A stretch of 64,000 nt of DNA from Planctomycetaceae bacterium (GTDB lineage: Bacteria; Planctomycetota; Planctomycetia; Planctomycetales; Planctomycetaceae). A program made the position numbers and the translations under genes. Location: contig WFTL01000058.1 of NCBI GenBank assembly GCA_015485495.1, positions 8,379 through 72,378 on the forward strand. Direction: 5' to 3'. Numbering within the stretch: the first letter of the stretch is position 1; each line of letters opens with the position of its first letter. Shown here piece by piece: positions 9,975-20,109 of the stretch. Below the pieces are notes generated by a model that was not told where the DNA came from, ran no database searches, and was given only the letters and a program-made list of their open reading frames with translations.

Positions 9975-11327
9975 TCAGTGCGTGTGCGTTTCGAGACGGG
10001 AGTCGGCCACAGGGCGAACGGGCCGACGTCGTTTTGGGAGGGGTGAGGGCATGTTCCGGGCCGCCGATCGCATTGCCCGGGAACTGCGCGGACTGCCGGA
10101 CGCCGCCAGGGCCGTATCCGTGGTGCCCGGTTCGCGATAGGCCGTGTACCGATTGACACAGTGCCGCAGATCGTCCGTGAGCTGCATGATGTCCGTATGC
10201 CGGTTCAGAATCGATCCCTGACGCAGCATGGCGATCAGCATCCTCAGATAGACCGGTTCGCCTGCGTGAAATCCGTCGACCGCTTCGGCATCCGATGCGC
10301 CGCAGTCGGACATGCGATGAAATGCGTACAGTTCGAATCCGTACCTGTCGAAAGCCGGCCGCAGAGCGGATTCGATTTTTTCCATGTATGAAAAGTCGCC
10401 CGTATCCAGCATGGCCTGCCACACGGCGTCGGCATAGGGAGGCAAAAAGGCGACAACCATCACGCCATGATCATGGCAGAACTGCAGAAGGCGTTCGATT
10501 TCTTCGACGGCAGCGGCATCCACGTCCCGGCCGCCTTCGAATCGCCGTCCCCGCCGACGCACACGCCGCAACGTGTCCGCGAAGCCATGGTCACGAGCCT
10601 GCGGGTCCGATTCCAGCAGACGGCGAATCTGGCTGCCGTAAAGAAACGATCCGTCGTTGCGCATCCCCTTGCGGTTGATCAGACTGTTCAGACCGACCGG
10701 ACGGGCGGAGTGCGTGTCGGAAGCGGACATCGCGTGAGTCAGCACGGTCCGCAGGTCGATGCGGCCGCGCAGCAGATCTTTGCAGACATCCGGAATCAGC
10801 CGGACGGACGTGTTCAGGTCATCCCGCGGAGGTCGGGCCCAGACAGTGCGTTCCAGAGGCGGCCGCCGGCGCCTGCTGTCCGGACAGAACATGAACTGAT
10901 CCAGCCCCAGAATGATGGTATCCGGAAGCCGGTCCGCAGGAATCAGACTGAGAAACGTGCGGAAATCCCAGGGAGACACGATGGTGTACCCGGCGTTGTA
11001 GAAACGGTCACGGAACATCTCTTCACGAAATCCGAGCACCCGTGAGGATCCCAGAGCCACGACGGACCGCCGGGGCAGTGATGCCAGCCGACGATACTTC
11101 AGATGCCGATACCACGGTTCGTTGTAGGCGAATCCGATCAGAAGAGGTTCGTCATTCAGCCGCTTCAGAAGATCATCCGCATCGACGAAGGCTGCCCCCG
11201 TCACGAAAAGAATGCTCAGAGCCGGCACCGTGCACACCAGCAGCGGCAGAACAAACAGCAGGCACCTGCGGCGGAACCGCTGCAGGTGGCGGGCCGTGCG
11301 GTTGTCGTTGTTCTGCGTTTGTTCCAT
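9975..11327 (-). CDS. membrane-anchored hypothetical protein, possibly a DltD/AlgJ-like SGNH-fold acyl-transfer/esterase
   Basis: The start is taken at MEQTQNN, which avoids overlap with the upstream GT9 gene. One N-terminal TM helix is present. A GSSR block (ALGSSRVLGF) and a late D-x-x-H (VDGFHAGE) resemble SGNH/DltD catalytic blocks. The functional call is tentative. Confidence 0.45.
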   Translation of the reverse strand: MEQTQNNDNRTARHLQRFRRRCLLFVLPLLVCTVPALSILFVTGAAFVDADDLLKRLNDEPLLIGFAYNEPWYRHLKYRRLASLPRRSVVALGSSRVLGFREEMFRDRFYNAGYTIVSPWDFRTFLSLIPADRLPDTIILGLDQFMFCPDSRRRRPPLERTVWARPPRDDLNTSVRLIPDVCKDLLRGRIDLRTVLTHAMSASDTHSARPVGLNSLINRKGMRNDGSFLYGSQIRRLLESDPQARDHGFADTLRRVRRRGRRFEGGRDVDAAAVEEIERLLQFCHDHGVMVVAFLPPYADAVWQAMLDTGDFSYMEKIESALRPAFDRYGFELYAFHRMSDCGASDAEAVDGFHAGEPVYLRMLIAMLRQGSILNRHTDIMQLTDDLRHCVNRYTAYREPGTTDTALAASGSPRSSRAMRSAARNMPSPLPKRRRPVRPVADSRLETHTH

Positions 11328-11388
11328 TCTGGTCCGGTTGGCATGGAAGTTTTCAGGCAGCCGATGCCGCAGAGGCTGCGGATGGGCT

Positions 11389-12363
11389 TCAGGCGGCCTG
11401 CTGCCGAGGTTCCCCGGACAGCGCAGAAAGCACCTCCGACAGGACAACATCGACCGGCAGGCCGTCCATCGCTCCGGTGGGCGATCGGAGAACGCGGTTG
11501 CGTTCTGCGGACAGTGGATAAGGCCCGAACCGTTCCGGAGGCGTCGGTCCGAACAGCCCCAGAACGGGAATGCCCAAAGCGGCTGCGATATGCAGCGGAC
11601 CGCTGTCGTTGGCGATCACCAGACGGGCCCTCCGAATCAGCTCCACCATCTGCAGCAGGGATGTCTTCGTGGTCACGTTGATGAACCGTTCCGGATCGGA
11701 CACAGGCGGATCCGGCCAGGCCTGATGACTGTCCCAGACAACGGTCACATCATCCCGCTGTTTCAGCAGAGCGGTCGTCAGTTCCGGAAACCAGGGCCAT
11801 TCCTTATGACGCCCCCGGCTGTTGGGCATCATGACCACCGGCCGCGCATCCCGAAGACGCGAATCGGCGGAATCGGGGGAATCGCCGTGGATCACGACGG
11901 GAGATCGCAGCGATGCTTCCAGCCCCAGGGCCGGAAGAAACTGCAGCAGGCGTTCGATGGCGTGTGCATGTTTTCCGGACGCAGGCCGGGGCACGATGTG
12001 GCTGCAGGCCAGAGAACTGCCTTCACGGGCGTCTTCGCTGCCCACCCGCAGCGGGCTCTGCACAGCCCGCATCATGAGGCCGGTTCGCAGCAGGCCCTGA
12101 AAATCGAGCACGGCATCGAACGATCGTGAGCGCAGAGTCCGACACACGGTCCACAGCCCCTGCAGTCCCCGGAGTCCCGGATGATGGTCGAACTCGATGA
12201 TCTCCCCGTTGACGGTCGGACAGCGGCGAACGATCTCGCGAAAACGCGACTTGACGACCCAGGAAATCACGGCCTGAGGACACTGTTCCCGGATGGACTG
12301 CGCGACCGGCAGCGAACAGATGATGTCCCCCAGAGAACTCGGCTTGAGAATCAGGATCTGCAT
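11389..12363 (-). CDS. glycosyltransferase family 9 (ADP-heptose:LPS heptosyltransferase-like)
   Basis: The N-terminus MQILILKPSSLGDIICSLPV and the C-terminal block ANDSGPLHIAAALGIPVLGLFGPT are hallmark GT9 motifs. Confidence 0.85.
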   Translation of the reverse strand: MQILILKPSSLGDIICSLPVAQSIREQCPQAVISWVVKSRFREIVRRCPTVNGEIIEFDHHPGLRGLQGLWTVCRTLRSRSFDAVLDFQGLLRTGLMMRAVQSPLRVGSEDAREGSSLACSHIVPRPASGKHAHAIERLLQFLPALGLEASLRSPVVIHGDSPDSADSRLRDARPVVMMPNSRGRHKEWPWFPELTTALLKQRDDVTVVWDSHQAWPDPPVSDPERFINVTTKTSLLQMVELIRRARLVIANDSGPLHIAAALGIPVLGLFGPTPPERFGPYPLSAERNRVLRSPTGAMDGLPVDVVLSEVLSALSGEPRQQAA

Positions 12364-12407
12364 AAACGCCCGTCCCGGAAAGGAGGAAGCGACGCCGGTC
12401 CGGACGG

Positions 12408-12983
12408 TCAGGCGGCGCGGCGAAGTTCCGGGTTGAGTTCCGTGTCGTTGTACATCTTGAACTGAAAATACACGCGAAAACTGCGCGTGCCGGCACGCAC
12501 TTCGTCGAGAAGTTCTGCCAGCGCGGTGCTCAGATCCTGAATCTGCCGCTGAATGACTTCCAGTTTTCTTCGGCAGGCCGCACGGTGTTCGTCGCTGGCA
12601 TCGGACCGTTCCGTCTCTTCCCGCATGTGATATTCCTTCAGTGCGAGAATGGACAGGCGATCGATCATCATGCCGGGCGTTTCCGAATTGAACGGACAGC
12701 CGGATTCCCGGGGCCGCAGTTCGTCCACCAGCAGACGATCCATCTGTTCAATCAGATCATTGCGCCGCTGATTGTGAAAATCGATGGTCCGCTTGGCCTG
12801 GCGAATCCGTTCGGCTCCCAGATGATCACAGCGGGCGATGTCTTCTTCATGCCACAGGCTGAAGTTTTCCAGGTGATTTCGCCGCACGACATCCGCAAAT
12901 TCCTCGCCGGAAGCAGCAGGAGTCTCACGGTGCCACAGTTCCGTCCATGACCGCTGCAGAGCGGTGATTTCATTCACGTCCAT
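12408..12983 (-). CDS. DUF4254-like protein (commonly found next to heptosyltransferases)
   Basis: The protein is about 190 aa and helical (WHEEDIARCD ... IDFHNQRRNDLIEQMD ... LALKEYHM). Family assignment is recalled from memory. The ATG at 12983 is preceded by a ggaaggaag SD-like sequence. It lies directly upstream of the GT9 gene on the same strand. Confidence 0.55.
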   Translation of the reverse strand: MDVNEITALQRSWTELWHRETPAASGEEFADVVRRNHLENFSLWHEEDIARCDHLGAERIRQAKRTIDFHNQRRNDLIEQMDRLLVDELRPRESGCPFNSETPGMMIDRLSILALKEYHMREETERSDASDEHRAACRRKLEVIQRQIQDLSTALAELLDEVRAGTRSFRVYFQFKMYNDTELNPELRRAA

Positions 12984-13877
12984 CCCTGGACTTCCTTCCT
13001 GAAACAAAGAGACAGCCGGCAGTCGGCATCATCCGGACACCCAGGCAGACTGCAGAAGACCGGCTCACCGTATGCCACAGCCGAACCTGGTGTCAATATC
13101 ACCCGGTTCCACCGATTCTCGGCAGTGCACAGTTCGTGGAGCATCCGGTTTTTCCTGACGCTGCCGTGGGACGGCATCCTGACAGCTCAATACGGCGCAT
13201 CGCAGTCACGTGGGATCCCATCGTTCGGCCAGGCTGGCAGAGTCCCCTCAGACGGAACAAAGTCCAGCCTGACTTCGGCAATGGCTGTGTGACCAGCTGC
13301 CGGCGCTGCAACCGTGCCGGATCCGCATCGCTCGATTCATCGATCCGATCTGCGTCTTTCCAGAACGAAAGCGGCTCATCAGATTCTGTGGTCCTTCTGC
13401 TGCGCATGGGCCTGCTGACTGGTACTGTCCGTATCGCTGACGCACTTCTGTCCATGTCGTATCTCTGTGCCGACTTTCAGGCCGTGGCAGTGTGGATTCA
13501 TGAAACAGGATGCGCGACGTTTCTTCCAGCTCAGCAGAACTCCAGAATTCGGCAGCATCTGGCGAATATTTCCAGGACGGCAACAGCGTCCGAATCGTGA
13601 AAACCTGCTCGGCAGGAATGCTGAATCCAGCGCGGCAATGCGGCCTGTCGGCCGGATGGTCAATGACCCGGCTGACAGGGACGTGAAGCGTAACAGGGAA
13701 ACAGGAGGGAAGAATCCGTGTGAGGTGTTTCTCGTGGGGGAGTCAGACGGAACGACGGCCCCGGGACATTGCGAGGCCGTCGGCATCCGGACCGGGCTGC
13801 CGGCCTGTTCCGGATGAAGGCAGAGACGCTGTGCACGACCGCTCATTCCTGCCGGACGGAGGACGGAGAAACGTCTG

Positions 13878-16145
13878 TCAGTCGATCGGCACCGGACGAG
13901 CAGAAAGATTCAGCCCGGGTTCCGGTGCAGGAGGTTCTGCCGGCGGAACTTCCGCCAGACGGGTGGCCGGACTGTCGGGCACTTCCTGGAGAGAGGGGCC
14001 GACTGCAGATTCCGGCGGCCGCGGCACGTCGGAATCGAATGCCGGAGAAACTTCGGTCGGGGCTGAGGCGGATGCATCGGCCGATTCGGAAACTCCCGAT
14101 GCGGCAGGTTCCTGAGGAGCGTTCAGTCGACTGGCGATGTGTTCGGAATCCGGGCCAAACACCTGATACCCGGCCGATCGGACGGAACCGGTCCGTTCCT
14201 CAGGCCGTTCCGCGGATGCCTGGCGGATGACGGAGACCTGACGGATGGGCCGCCGGTCTTCAGAGGCCGTGGCCGGCATCTGAGATCCTTTTCGTCGGGC
14301 GGTGATGGGCGTGACGGAAGGGGGGGTGGTGTTCAGCAGGTTCCGGGCCACGACGGACCGCAGTTCGTGCCGCAGATGCACCACGTGTTCTTCCGATTCC
14401 GGAATGGTCACATCGCTGATGAGCCAGCGTTCCTGTTCTCGTACCAGATGGACCTGAGCGGTCGTGCTGCCCGGCAGTCCCATTTCCACCGTGGCCCGTT
14501 CATCCGTCACGCGGATCGACCGGACTGTCGTATCGAGACGTTCTGCAAGATGCAAAGGGAGATCGGGGACTGTGCGGAGCTGTTTCAGCGCCAGACGGTT
14601 GAATTCCAGACTGCACACCTGTCGCAGGTGTTCGATGTTCTGCTGACGCCAGGCCGACGCGAACGACAGGACAGGAATCTGCAAAGACAGCTGTGTCTGC
14701 AGAGACACCTGGTCTCCGGCCGCGTCGGCATAACGAATGTCATCCATCAGCAGCCGCCCGTTTTCTTCGTCCAGCCGGCATTCGACGGCTGAACCATCCG
14801 CCGATTCGTACAGAAGTGTCGTTCGTCGGCCCTGAACACGGCTGTCTGTCAGGGACAGATTCTGCAGATGGTTCAGAGGCAGGGTGAAGGATTCGACCAG
14901 TTTCGGAGTCACCTGATTCCACACCGCTTCGTTCAGTCGCCGTGTGGACAGCTGCTTCAGGATGACAGTGTCCCGGCGGTGCAGGGATTCCAGAAACAGG
15001 CTGGCACGCGCGGGAGCCGTGAAGACGGATGCCAGAGTTCGTTCATTCTGCCGCGTCCGGTCGTACAGAATGACGCTGTCGACAACGAACATCTGCCTCG
15101 GATCGCTGCCGGCAGTTTTCCTGCGTTCCTCCAGCTCGGGGTCGACCAGATCGAACCTCACGATGTCCCGGTCGGTCGGCACGAGAATCGTGACGCGTCC
15201 GGCGAACGTCCGGATGCTGAAGTCGTCCGGTGCAACATCGGCGGAAGGCATGGCAACCAGAGACAGGTCGCCGAATCGCAGAGTTCCTTCGAAAAACTGT
15301 TCCGTCGACACATCACGAAGCTGCTCCGTGACGCCCGATTGCCAGGCGGTGAGAAACCGTCCCAGTGCGGCCACCGCATCGGCCTGTCGACGGATGGATC
15401 CGGGGTGAGCCGATTCGCTGCGCTGGTGAATTTCGATATTGTCGATCAGCCAGTGCATCTCGCCCGGAATGGCCTGAACCAGCAGGAAACCGCCACGAAT
15501 CGGGACTCGGACCACGGCCGAGTCGTCTGTGAGCTGAGCTTCCGGTTTTCGCACCAGAGCCGAATCGAAGCGTTCAGCCACCGGCTGCGCAATGACCTTC
15601 AGCCAGGAATCCGGCACCTCTTCCAGCGATCGGGCCAGGGCGGGAGACGCCCGTCGGAGGATTTCGTCGCGGTCTGACGCCGTCCACACGTCGAGAAATT
15701 CACGGACGGAAAACACCAGATCCATCACCCGGCTGGCCGGCCATGCGACGTTCATACGGACCTTCATCCATTTCTTCCGCTGACGAACCAGCACGTCGTC
15801 GACCACCCACCGGCCTTCTTTTTCAGACCGCACCAGTTCGAAACGGTATTTCGTACCCTTGCTGTCGACGACCGTCGCGCTGCGGCGGTTTTCTGAAGGA
15901 GTTTCGACTTCTTCGATGGTGACATCACCCTGGGGCAGCCCGACGATCTCCAGATCCCGAAACACGTCATCGGATCGCAGCGAAGTTTCTTCGAAGCGGC
16001 TGGAAGACACCCGTCGCAGGGCCGCTTCGTTTTCCTCTTCGATCGCTTCCACAAAGTCCGAAATCACTCGATTTTCGAGCATCGAAACGGCGCAGCCGCA
16101 CGTCAGGACGGCCGTTATGGCCGGGAAGAAAAGCAGGAACTTCAT
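13878..16145 (-). CDS. large secreted/lipoprotein-like hypothetical protein
   Basis: The start is chosen at MKFLLFFPAITAVLTCGCAV, a signal peptide with a Cys cluster. The 755-aa protein has ordinary globular composition and a P/A/S/E-rich C-terminal tail. I recognised no family. Confidence 0.55.
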   Translation of the reverse strand: MKFLLFFPAITAVLTCGCAVSMLENRVISDFVEAIEEENEAALRRVSSSRFEETSLRSDDVFRDLEIVGLPQGDVTIEEVETPSENRRSATVVDSKGTKYRFELVRSEKEGRWVVDDVLVRQRKKWMKVRMNVAWPASRVMDLVFSVREFLDVWTASDRDEILRRASPALARSLEEVPDSWLKVIAQPVAERFDSALVRKPEAQLTDDSAVVRVPIRGGFLLVQAIPGEMHWLIDNIEIHQRSESAHPGSIRRQADAVAALGRFLTAWQSGVTEQLRDVSTEQFFEGTLRFGDLSLVAMPSADVAPDDFSIRTFAGRVTILVPTDRDIVRFDLVDPELEERRKTAGSDPRQMFVVDSVILYDRTRQNERTLASVFTAPARASLFLESLHRRDTVILKQLSTRRLNEAVWNQVTPKLVESFTLPLNHLQNLSLTDSRVQGRRTTLLYESADGSAVECRLDEENGRLLMDDIRYADAAGDQVSLQTQLSLQIPVLSFASAWRQQNIEHLRQVCSLEFNRLALKQLRTVPDLPLHLAERLDTTVRSIRVTDERATVEMGLPGSTTAQVHLVREQERWLISDVTIPESEEHVVHLRHELRSVVARNLLNTTPPSVTPITARRKGSQMPATASEDRRPIRQVSVIRQASAERPEERTGSVRSAGYQVFGPDSEHIASRLNAPQEPAASGVSESADASASAPTEVSPAFDSDVPRPPESAVGPSLQEVPDSPATRLAEVPPAEPPAPEPGLNLSARPVPID

Positions 16146-16475
16146 GCCGGTATTCGCATGCAGCACAGGAACGACACCGCCCCGTCTTGTCAGGGGAACG
16201 GCCGAACCTGACAGGGGAACAGCGGAAAACATCAGAGGACAGGACTGTGTTCTGCAGGACGACGGAGCGGTTCTCTCAGATGCCGCCGTCGTGCGTCAAC
16301 GTCTGATGGAACCGGACAGCGTTCTCCATCGAAATGCGGCCGCTGCCGAACCGGTTCATTCGGCAGCATCTGCCGCTCGATATGCCGTCTGGTATTCCGC
16401 TGAATCGCAGCCGTTCGGAAAACCGGCAGGTTGTGCCGATCGGCGGTGCTCCGGAATGTCCGGTCGCCGTGCGGA

Positions 16476-17003
16476 TCAGGGGGACGGCTGTGAGACGTAT
16501 TCCCACAGTTCGTCGGAATCTGTCAGCCGATTCAGAACAGCCAGAGAATGTTTCAGGACCGGCAGATCATCGGCCTCGACGGTGGAATCCAGTGTCTGCA
16601 GGCTGCCATCCGGTTCCTGCCGACAGCAGAAGACGGGCGGGCGAATCATCCACAGACAGAAGTGGCGGGCCACCCCTTCCACGACTCTGCGGTCTCGGGA
16701 CGCGGCATCCGGCGACCGCAAACTGGTCGATGAAACAGATTCCGCGAAGACGACGGCGAAACAGCCCGCCTTTTCTCCCCGCTGAAACAGCCGCGTTGCC
16801 CCCAGCTGGAAGGTTCCGGCAATCCGATGTCTCAGAAAACTGATGCGTTCATCGTCTGTCCCGGTTTGCCAGCGTTCAAGAGTGCCCGGCGCGCACCGAA
16901 GCAGCGGGTGCACAGCGGCATCTGCATCGACCGCGGCAAGGAACCAGCAGTGACGGGTCAGATCGATGCGGGCAGCAAGTGTGACGGGCCGCCGTTCCGT
17001 CAT
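16476..17003 (-). CDS. hypothetical protein, last gene of the two-component operon
   Basis: A 175-aa ORF whose ATG overlaps the stop of the response regulator gene (ATGA, 17000-17003). I recognised no motif. Confidence 0.5.
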   Translation of the reverse strand: MTERRPVTLAARIDLTRHCWFLAAVDADAAVHPLLRCAPGTLERWQTGTDDERISFLRHRIAGTFQLGATRLFQRGEKAGCFAVVFAESVSSTSLRSPDAASRDRRVVEGVARHFCLWMIRPPVFCCRQEPDGSLQTLDSTVEADDLPVLKHSLAVLNRLTDSDELWEYVSQPSP

Positions 17004-17530
17004 GATGCATTCTTTTTCAGAAAAGCGAGCGATTCCGCCCGCTGAAGCAGGGATGCGATTTCTTCGTCGGGGGGCAGATTTCCGAGGAATCCGGTCACGT
17101 CGTGGACGAAGGAAATGATCTCCTGGCGTGCCTGTTCGTCATTCCGCCGGGAGGTCCATGTGGCAGCAGCTTCTGAGAGCACGTCCAGAAGCTCGTCCAG
17201 ATTCCACGGTTTGGTCAGGTAACGAAAAACGCCTCCGGTATTCAGAGCGCGAATGACATCCTGGATGTCGGCGTACCCGGTGAGAAGGATGCGGACTGTG
17301 GATGGTGAAATCCGGGCCACCTGCGCCAGCAGTTCATCGCCTGTCATTCCCGGCATGCGCTGGTCGGAAACAATGACCTGAATCGTCTGCTGCTTCACGA
17401 TGTCCAGCGCTTCGTGTCCGCTGGTTGCAGTGAACAGATGGAAACGCTGTCGGAGCAGGCCTTCCAGAGAAAACAGCAGGTCGGGTTCGTCGTCGACCAG
17501 CAGGAGCGTGGGGAGATCCGAATCACTCAT
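17000..17530 (-). CDS. response regulator: receiver domain plus a short helical C-terminal extension, no recognisable output domain
   Basis: The start is at MSDSDLPTLLLVDDEPD. Receiver hallmarks are present: DD pair, phospho-acceptor context VIVSDQRMPGMTG, and conserved Lys in YLTKPW. Confidence 0.85.
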   Translation of the reverse strand: MSDSDLPTLLLVDDEPDLLFSLEGLLRQRFHLFTATSGHEALDIVKQQTIQVIVSDQRMPGMTGDELLAQVARISPSTVRILLTGYADIQDVIRALNTGGVFRYLTKPWNLDELLDVLSEAAATWTSRRNDEQARQEIISFVHDVTGFLGNLPPDEEIASLLQRAESLAFLKKNAS

Positions 17531-17573
17531 ACGGTCTTTTCCTGCGGCAGCCGAATGCAGCGGAAGAACGGGG

Positions 17574-18815
17574 TCAGGCGGACGTGTCCGCAGCGGGGAT
17601 GAGGATGTCGAATACGGTACCACCGTCGGGTCGTGGCGAACAGTGAATGGATCCGCCGGCTTCGCGGAACACCCGGTGACTGAAGGACAGTCCCAGACCG
17701 GCTCCGGTTCCCGTGTGGCGGGTGGTGAAGAACGGCTGGAAAATCCGCGAACGATCTTTTTCAGGAATGCCCGGGCCGCGATCGGCGACGCGGATGTTGA
17801 TCTGTCCCTCGGCTTCGAACACGGAGACATCCACCACGTCGTCTGCACTGCTGGCCTGAATGGCATTGTGGAGCACGTTGTAGACCGCCTGATTGAACCG
17901 GGCCGGATGACAGACGATGGCCGGTACGGAACGAAAGTCGGATCGCACCGTCACACGGGCCCGGGCCAGTTCACTGGCCAGAACATCGATGCTGGTCTGC
18001 ACCGCCTGAACGGGATCGATGCGGTCGATGCGGGCTTTGTCCTGCCAGGAAAAGTCCTGAAGACGTGTGATGATGTCCTGAACACGGCGGATGTTGGACT
18101 GGGTGGATTCGAGATACCGCGGCAGCGTTTCCCGCACCCATGTCAGATCATGGCGGGCCTGCACGTCTTCGATCTGCTGCAGGACCTGCGGGGCGGCATG
18201 TTTCAGTTCCGGTTTCAGGGATTCGATGGTATCCAGAACATCCAGCAGGGCACGAACTGCCTGAGAAAACACATCGACATTGCCCGACACGACAGCAATG
18301 GGATTGTTGACTTCGTGGGCCATGCCGGCCGCCAGCTGGCCGATTCCTGCCAGTTTTTCTGCTTCCAGAATCTGTGTTCTGGCTTCCAGAAGCTGCTGTC
18401 TGCGCCGTTCCAGTCGTTCTTCCAGACGGACAATGCGTTCTCCTGCCTGAATGCGGGCCTTCAGTTCGGCCGGTGCCACAGGCTTGATGAGATAAGCGTC
18501 GGCTCCTTCTCCCATGGCCGAGACGACATCTTCTGTTGCCGAACGGGCGGTCAGCAGAATCGTGTAGATGAATCCCGTGTTTTCGCGGGCCCGGATGCGT
18601 CGAATGAGATCCAGGCCGTCCATGCAGGGCATTTGCCAGTCCGTCAGAACGATCCGGCAGACCTGCCGATCGAACTGTTCCCATGCCTGGGCACCGTCGG
18701 CCGCTTCGCACACGTCATAGTCCCAGGATGTCAGCATTCCGGCCAGGGCCGTTCGGGTTGCGGCCGAATCTTCAGCGACCAGAATCCTGAGCCGTTCCGG
18801 TTCTGTCGTGGACAT
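17574..18815 (-). CDS. cytoplasmic hybrid sensor histidine kinase (N-terminal receiver, coiled coil, HisKA, HATPase)
   Basis: It has a receiver domain (ILVAEDS ... VLTDWQMPCMDG ... YLIKPV), an H-box (GMAHEVNNPI), an N-box (VLHNAIQA) and G-boxes (DRGPGI, GTGAGLGLS). No TM segments are present. Confidence 0.9.
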   Translation of the reverse strand: MSTTEPERLRILVAEDSAATRTALAGMLTSWDYDVCEAADGAQAWEQFDRQVCRIVLTDWQMPCMDGLDLIRRIRARENTGFIYTILLTARSATEDVVSAMGEGADAYLIKPVAPAELKARIQAGERIVRLEERLERRRQQLLEARTQILEAEKLAGIGQLAAGMAHEVNNPIAVVSGNVDVFSQAVRALLDVLDTIESLKPELKHAAPQVLQQIEDVQARHDLTWVRETLPRYLESTQSNIRRVQDIITRLQDFSWQDKARIDRIDPVQAVQTSIDVLASELARARVTVRSDFRSVPAIVCHPARFNQAVYNVLHNAIQASSADDVVDVSVFEAEGQINIRVADRGPGIPEKDRSRIFQPFFTTRHTGTGAGLGLSFSHRVFREAGGSIHCSPRPDGGTVFDILIPAADTSA

Positions 18816-18826
18816 CGGCAGAGATA

Positions 18827-19933
18827 TCAGTGTGATGAGGCACGCTCGTCTGTGCGGACCGAATGGACGGGTTTGGCGAAGATCATCCGACCGGCACTGC
18901 TCTGCAGCACACGGGTGACAATGGCTGTCACGTTCCGTCCGATCATGGCAGCGGCGTTCTCACAGACGACCATGGTGCCGTCTTCCAGGTATCCGACGCC
19001 CTGTCCGGGAGCTTCCCCTTCTCGCATGATCTGGATGGTGAGGCGATCGCCGGGAAGAAACTGCGGCCGCAGGGCATTGGCCACATCGTTCAGGTTGATG
19101 ACGACAATGTCCTGAACGCTGGCCACCTTGTTCAGATTGAAATCGTTGGTGATCACACCGGCCCGAAGCTGCTTGGCGACTTCCACCAGTTTCTGGTCAA
19201 CGGACATCGAACGAAACTCTCCCTTTTGAGTTTCGTGAATGCGAATGTCCACATGAGGACACTGCTGCAGCCTGGCAAGAACCTCCAGGCCGCGACGTCC
19301 CCGGGTTCTCCGATTCTTATCGCTGCTGTCAGCAATGTCCTGAATTTCAGCCAGAATGAAGTCCGGCACGATGAGCTGCGATTCGATGATCTGCGTTTCC
19401 ACGACGTCCATGATGCGGCCGTCGATGAGGGAACTGCTGTCCACGACCAGGGGGCGGCCTCCCTTGACATCCTTGACGAATTCCACGAACGGAATCACGA
19501 AACGAAAATCGTCTCGTGTCTGCAGCAGCAGCGACACGCACAGGTACGGCAGCACCAGCAGCAGCAGCAGGAAAATGACACCGCGATAGTTGGACGACGG
19601 CGGAATCACCAGAGTGATGGCCTGGCCGGACAGATAGGCCAGAAGCACGCCGATCAGCAGACCGAAGTAGGTGGCGGAAATCAGATCAATGCGTTTTCGA
19701 CGCACGACCACGTCCAGCACGGTCGCCAGCTGCGTGATTCCCAGCAGGAGGAAAAACGACACCGTGGGGTGGTCCAGAATGAAATCCGGGCGGGTTTCTT
19801 CCCGCGGGTCCTGGCTGCTGATCGTTGCCGGATCGATTCCCTGAAGATCGCCGATTTCAGCCGGGAAGATGTATCCGGCAATCGCACCGGCGCACACCAG
19901 GAAATAGGCCGTTCGCAGAATGATGAGAATCAT
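18827..19933 (-). CDS. PIN/TRAM domain membrane protein (YacL-like)
   Basis: Four N-terminal TM helices are followed by a PIN-like nuclease core (LVVDSSSLIDGRI ... VITNDFNL) and a C-terminal TRAM-like beta domain (GDRLTIQIMREGEAPGQGVGYLEDGTMVVC). It ends 11 nt upstream of the kinase gene. Confidence 0.8.
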   Translation of the reverse strand: MILIILRTAYFLVCAGAIAGYIFPAEIGDLQGIDPATISSQDPREETRPDFILDHPTVSFFLLLGITQLATVLDVVVRRKRIDLISATYFGLLIGVLLAYLSGQAITLVIPPSSNYRGVIFLLLLLVLPYLCVSLLLQTRDDFRFVIPFVEFVKDVKGGRPLVVDSSSLIDGRIMDVVETQIIESQLIVPDFILAEIQDIADSSDKNRRTRGRRGLEVLARLQQCPHVDIRIHETQKGEFRSMSVDQKLVEVAKQLRAGVITNDFNLNKVASVQDIVVINLNDVANALRPQFLPGDRLTIQIMREGEAPGQGVGYLEDGTMVVCENAAAMIGRNVTAIVTRVLQSSAGRMIFAKPVHSVRTDERASSH

Positions 19934-20109
19934 GGGTGGCTGCCGAAGGACGCTGAGACGAACTGCCGCGAAGAACCGGGTGAATTCTTACAGAATCCGG
20001 GCAGATGGCAACCACGGAATGTCCTGTTTCGCCGTTTGCGAAGACCAATCCGGCAGGCAGAACATCCGTTCATCGTCCGGCCGGGGAAGCAGTGCCCGAG
20101 AAACAAAAA

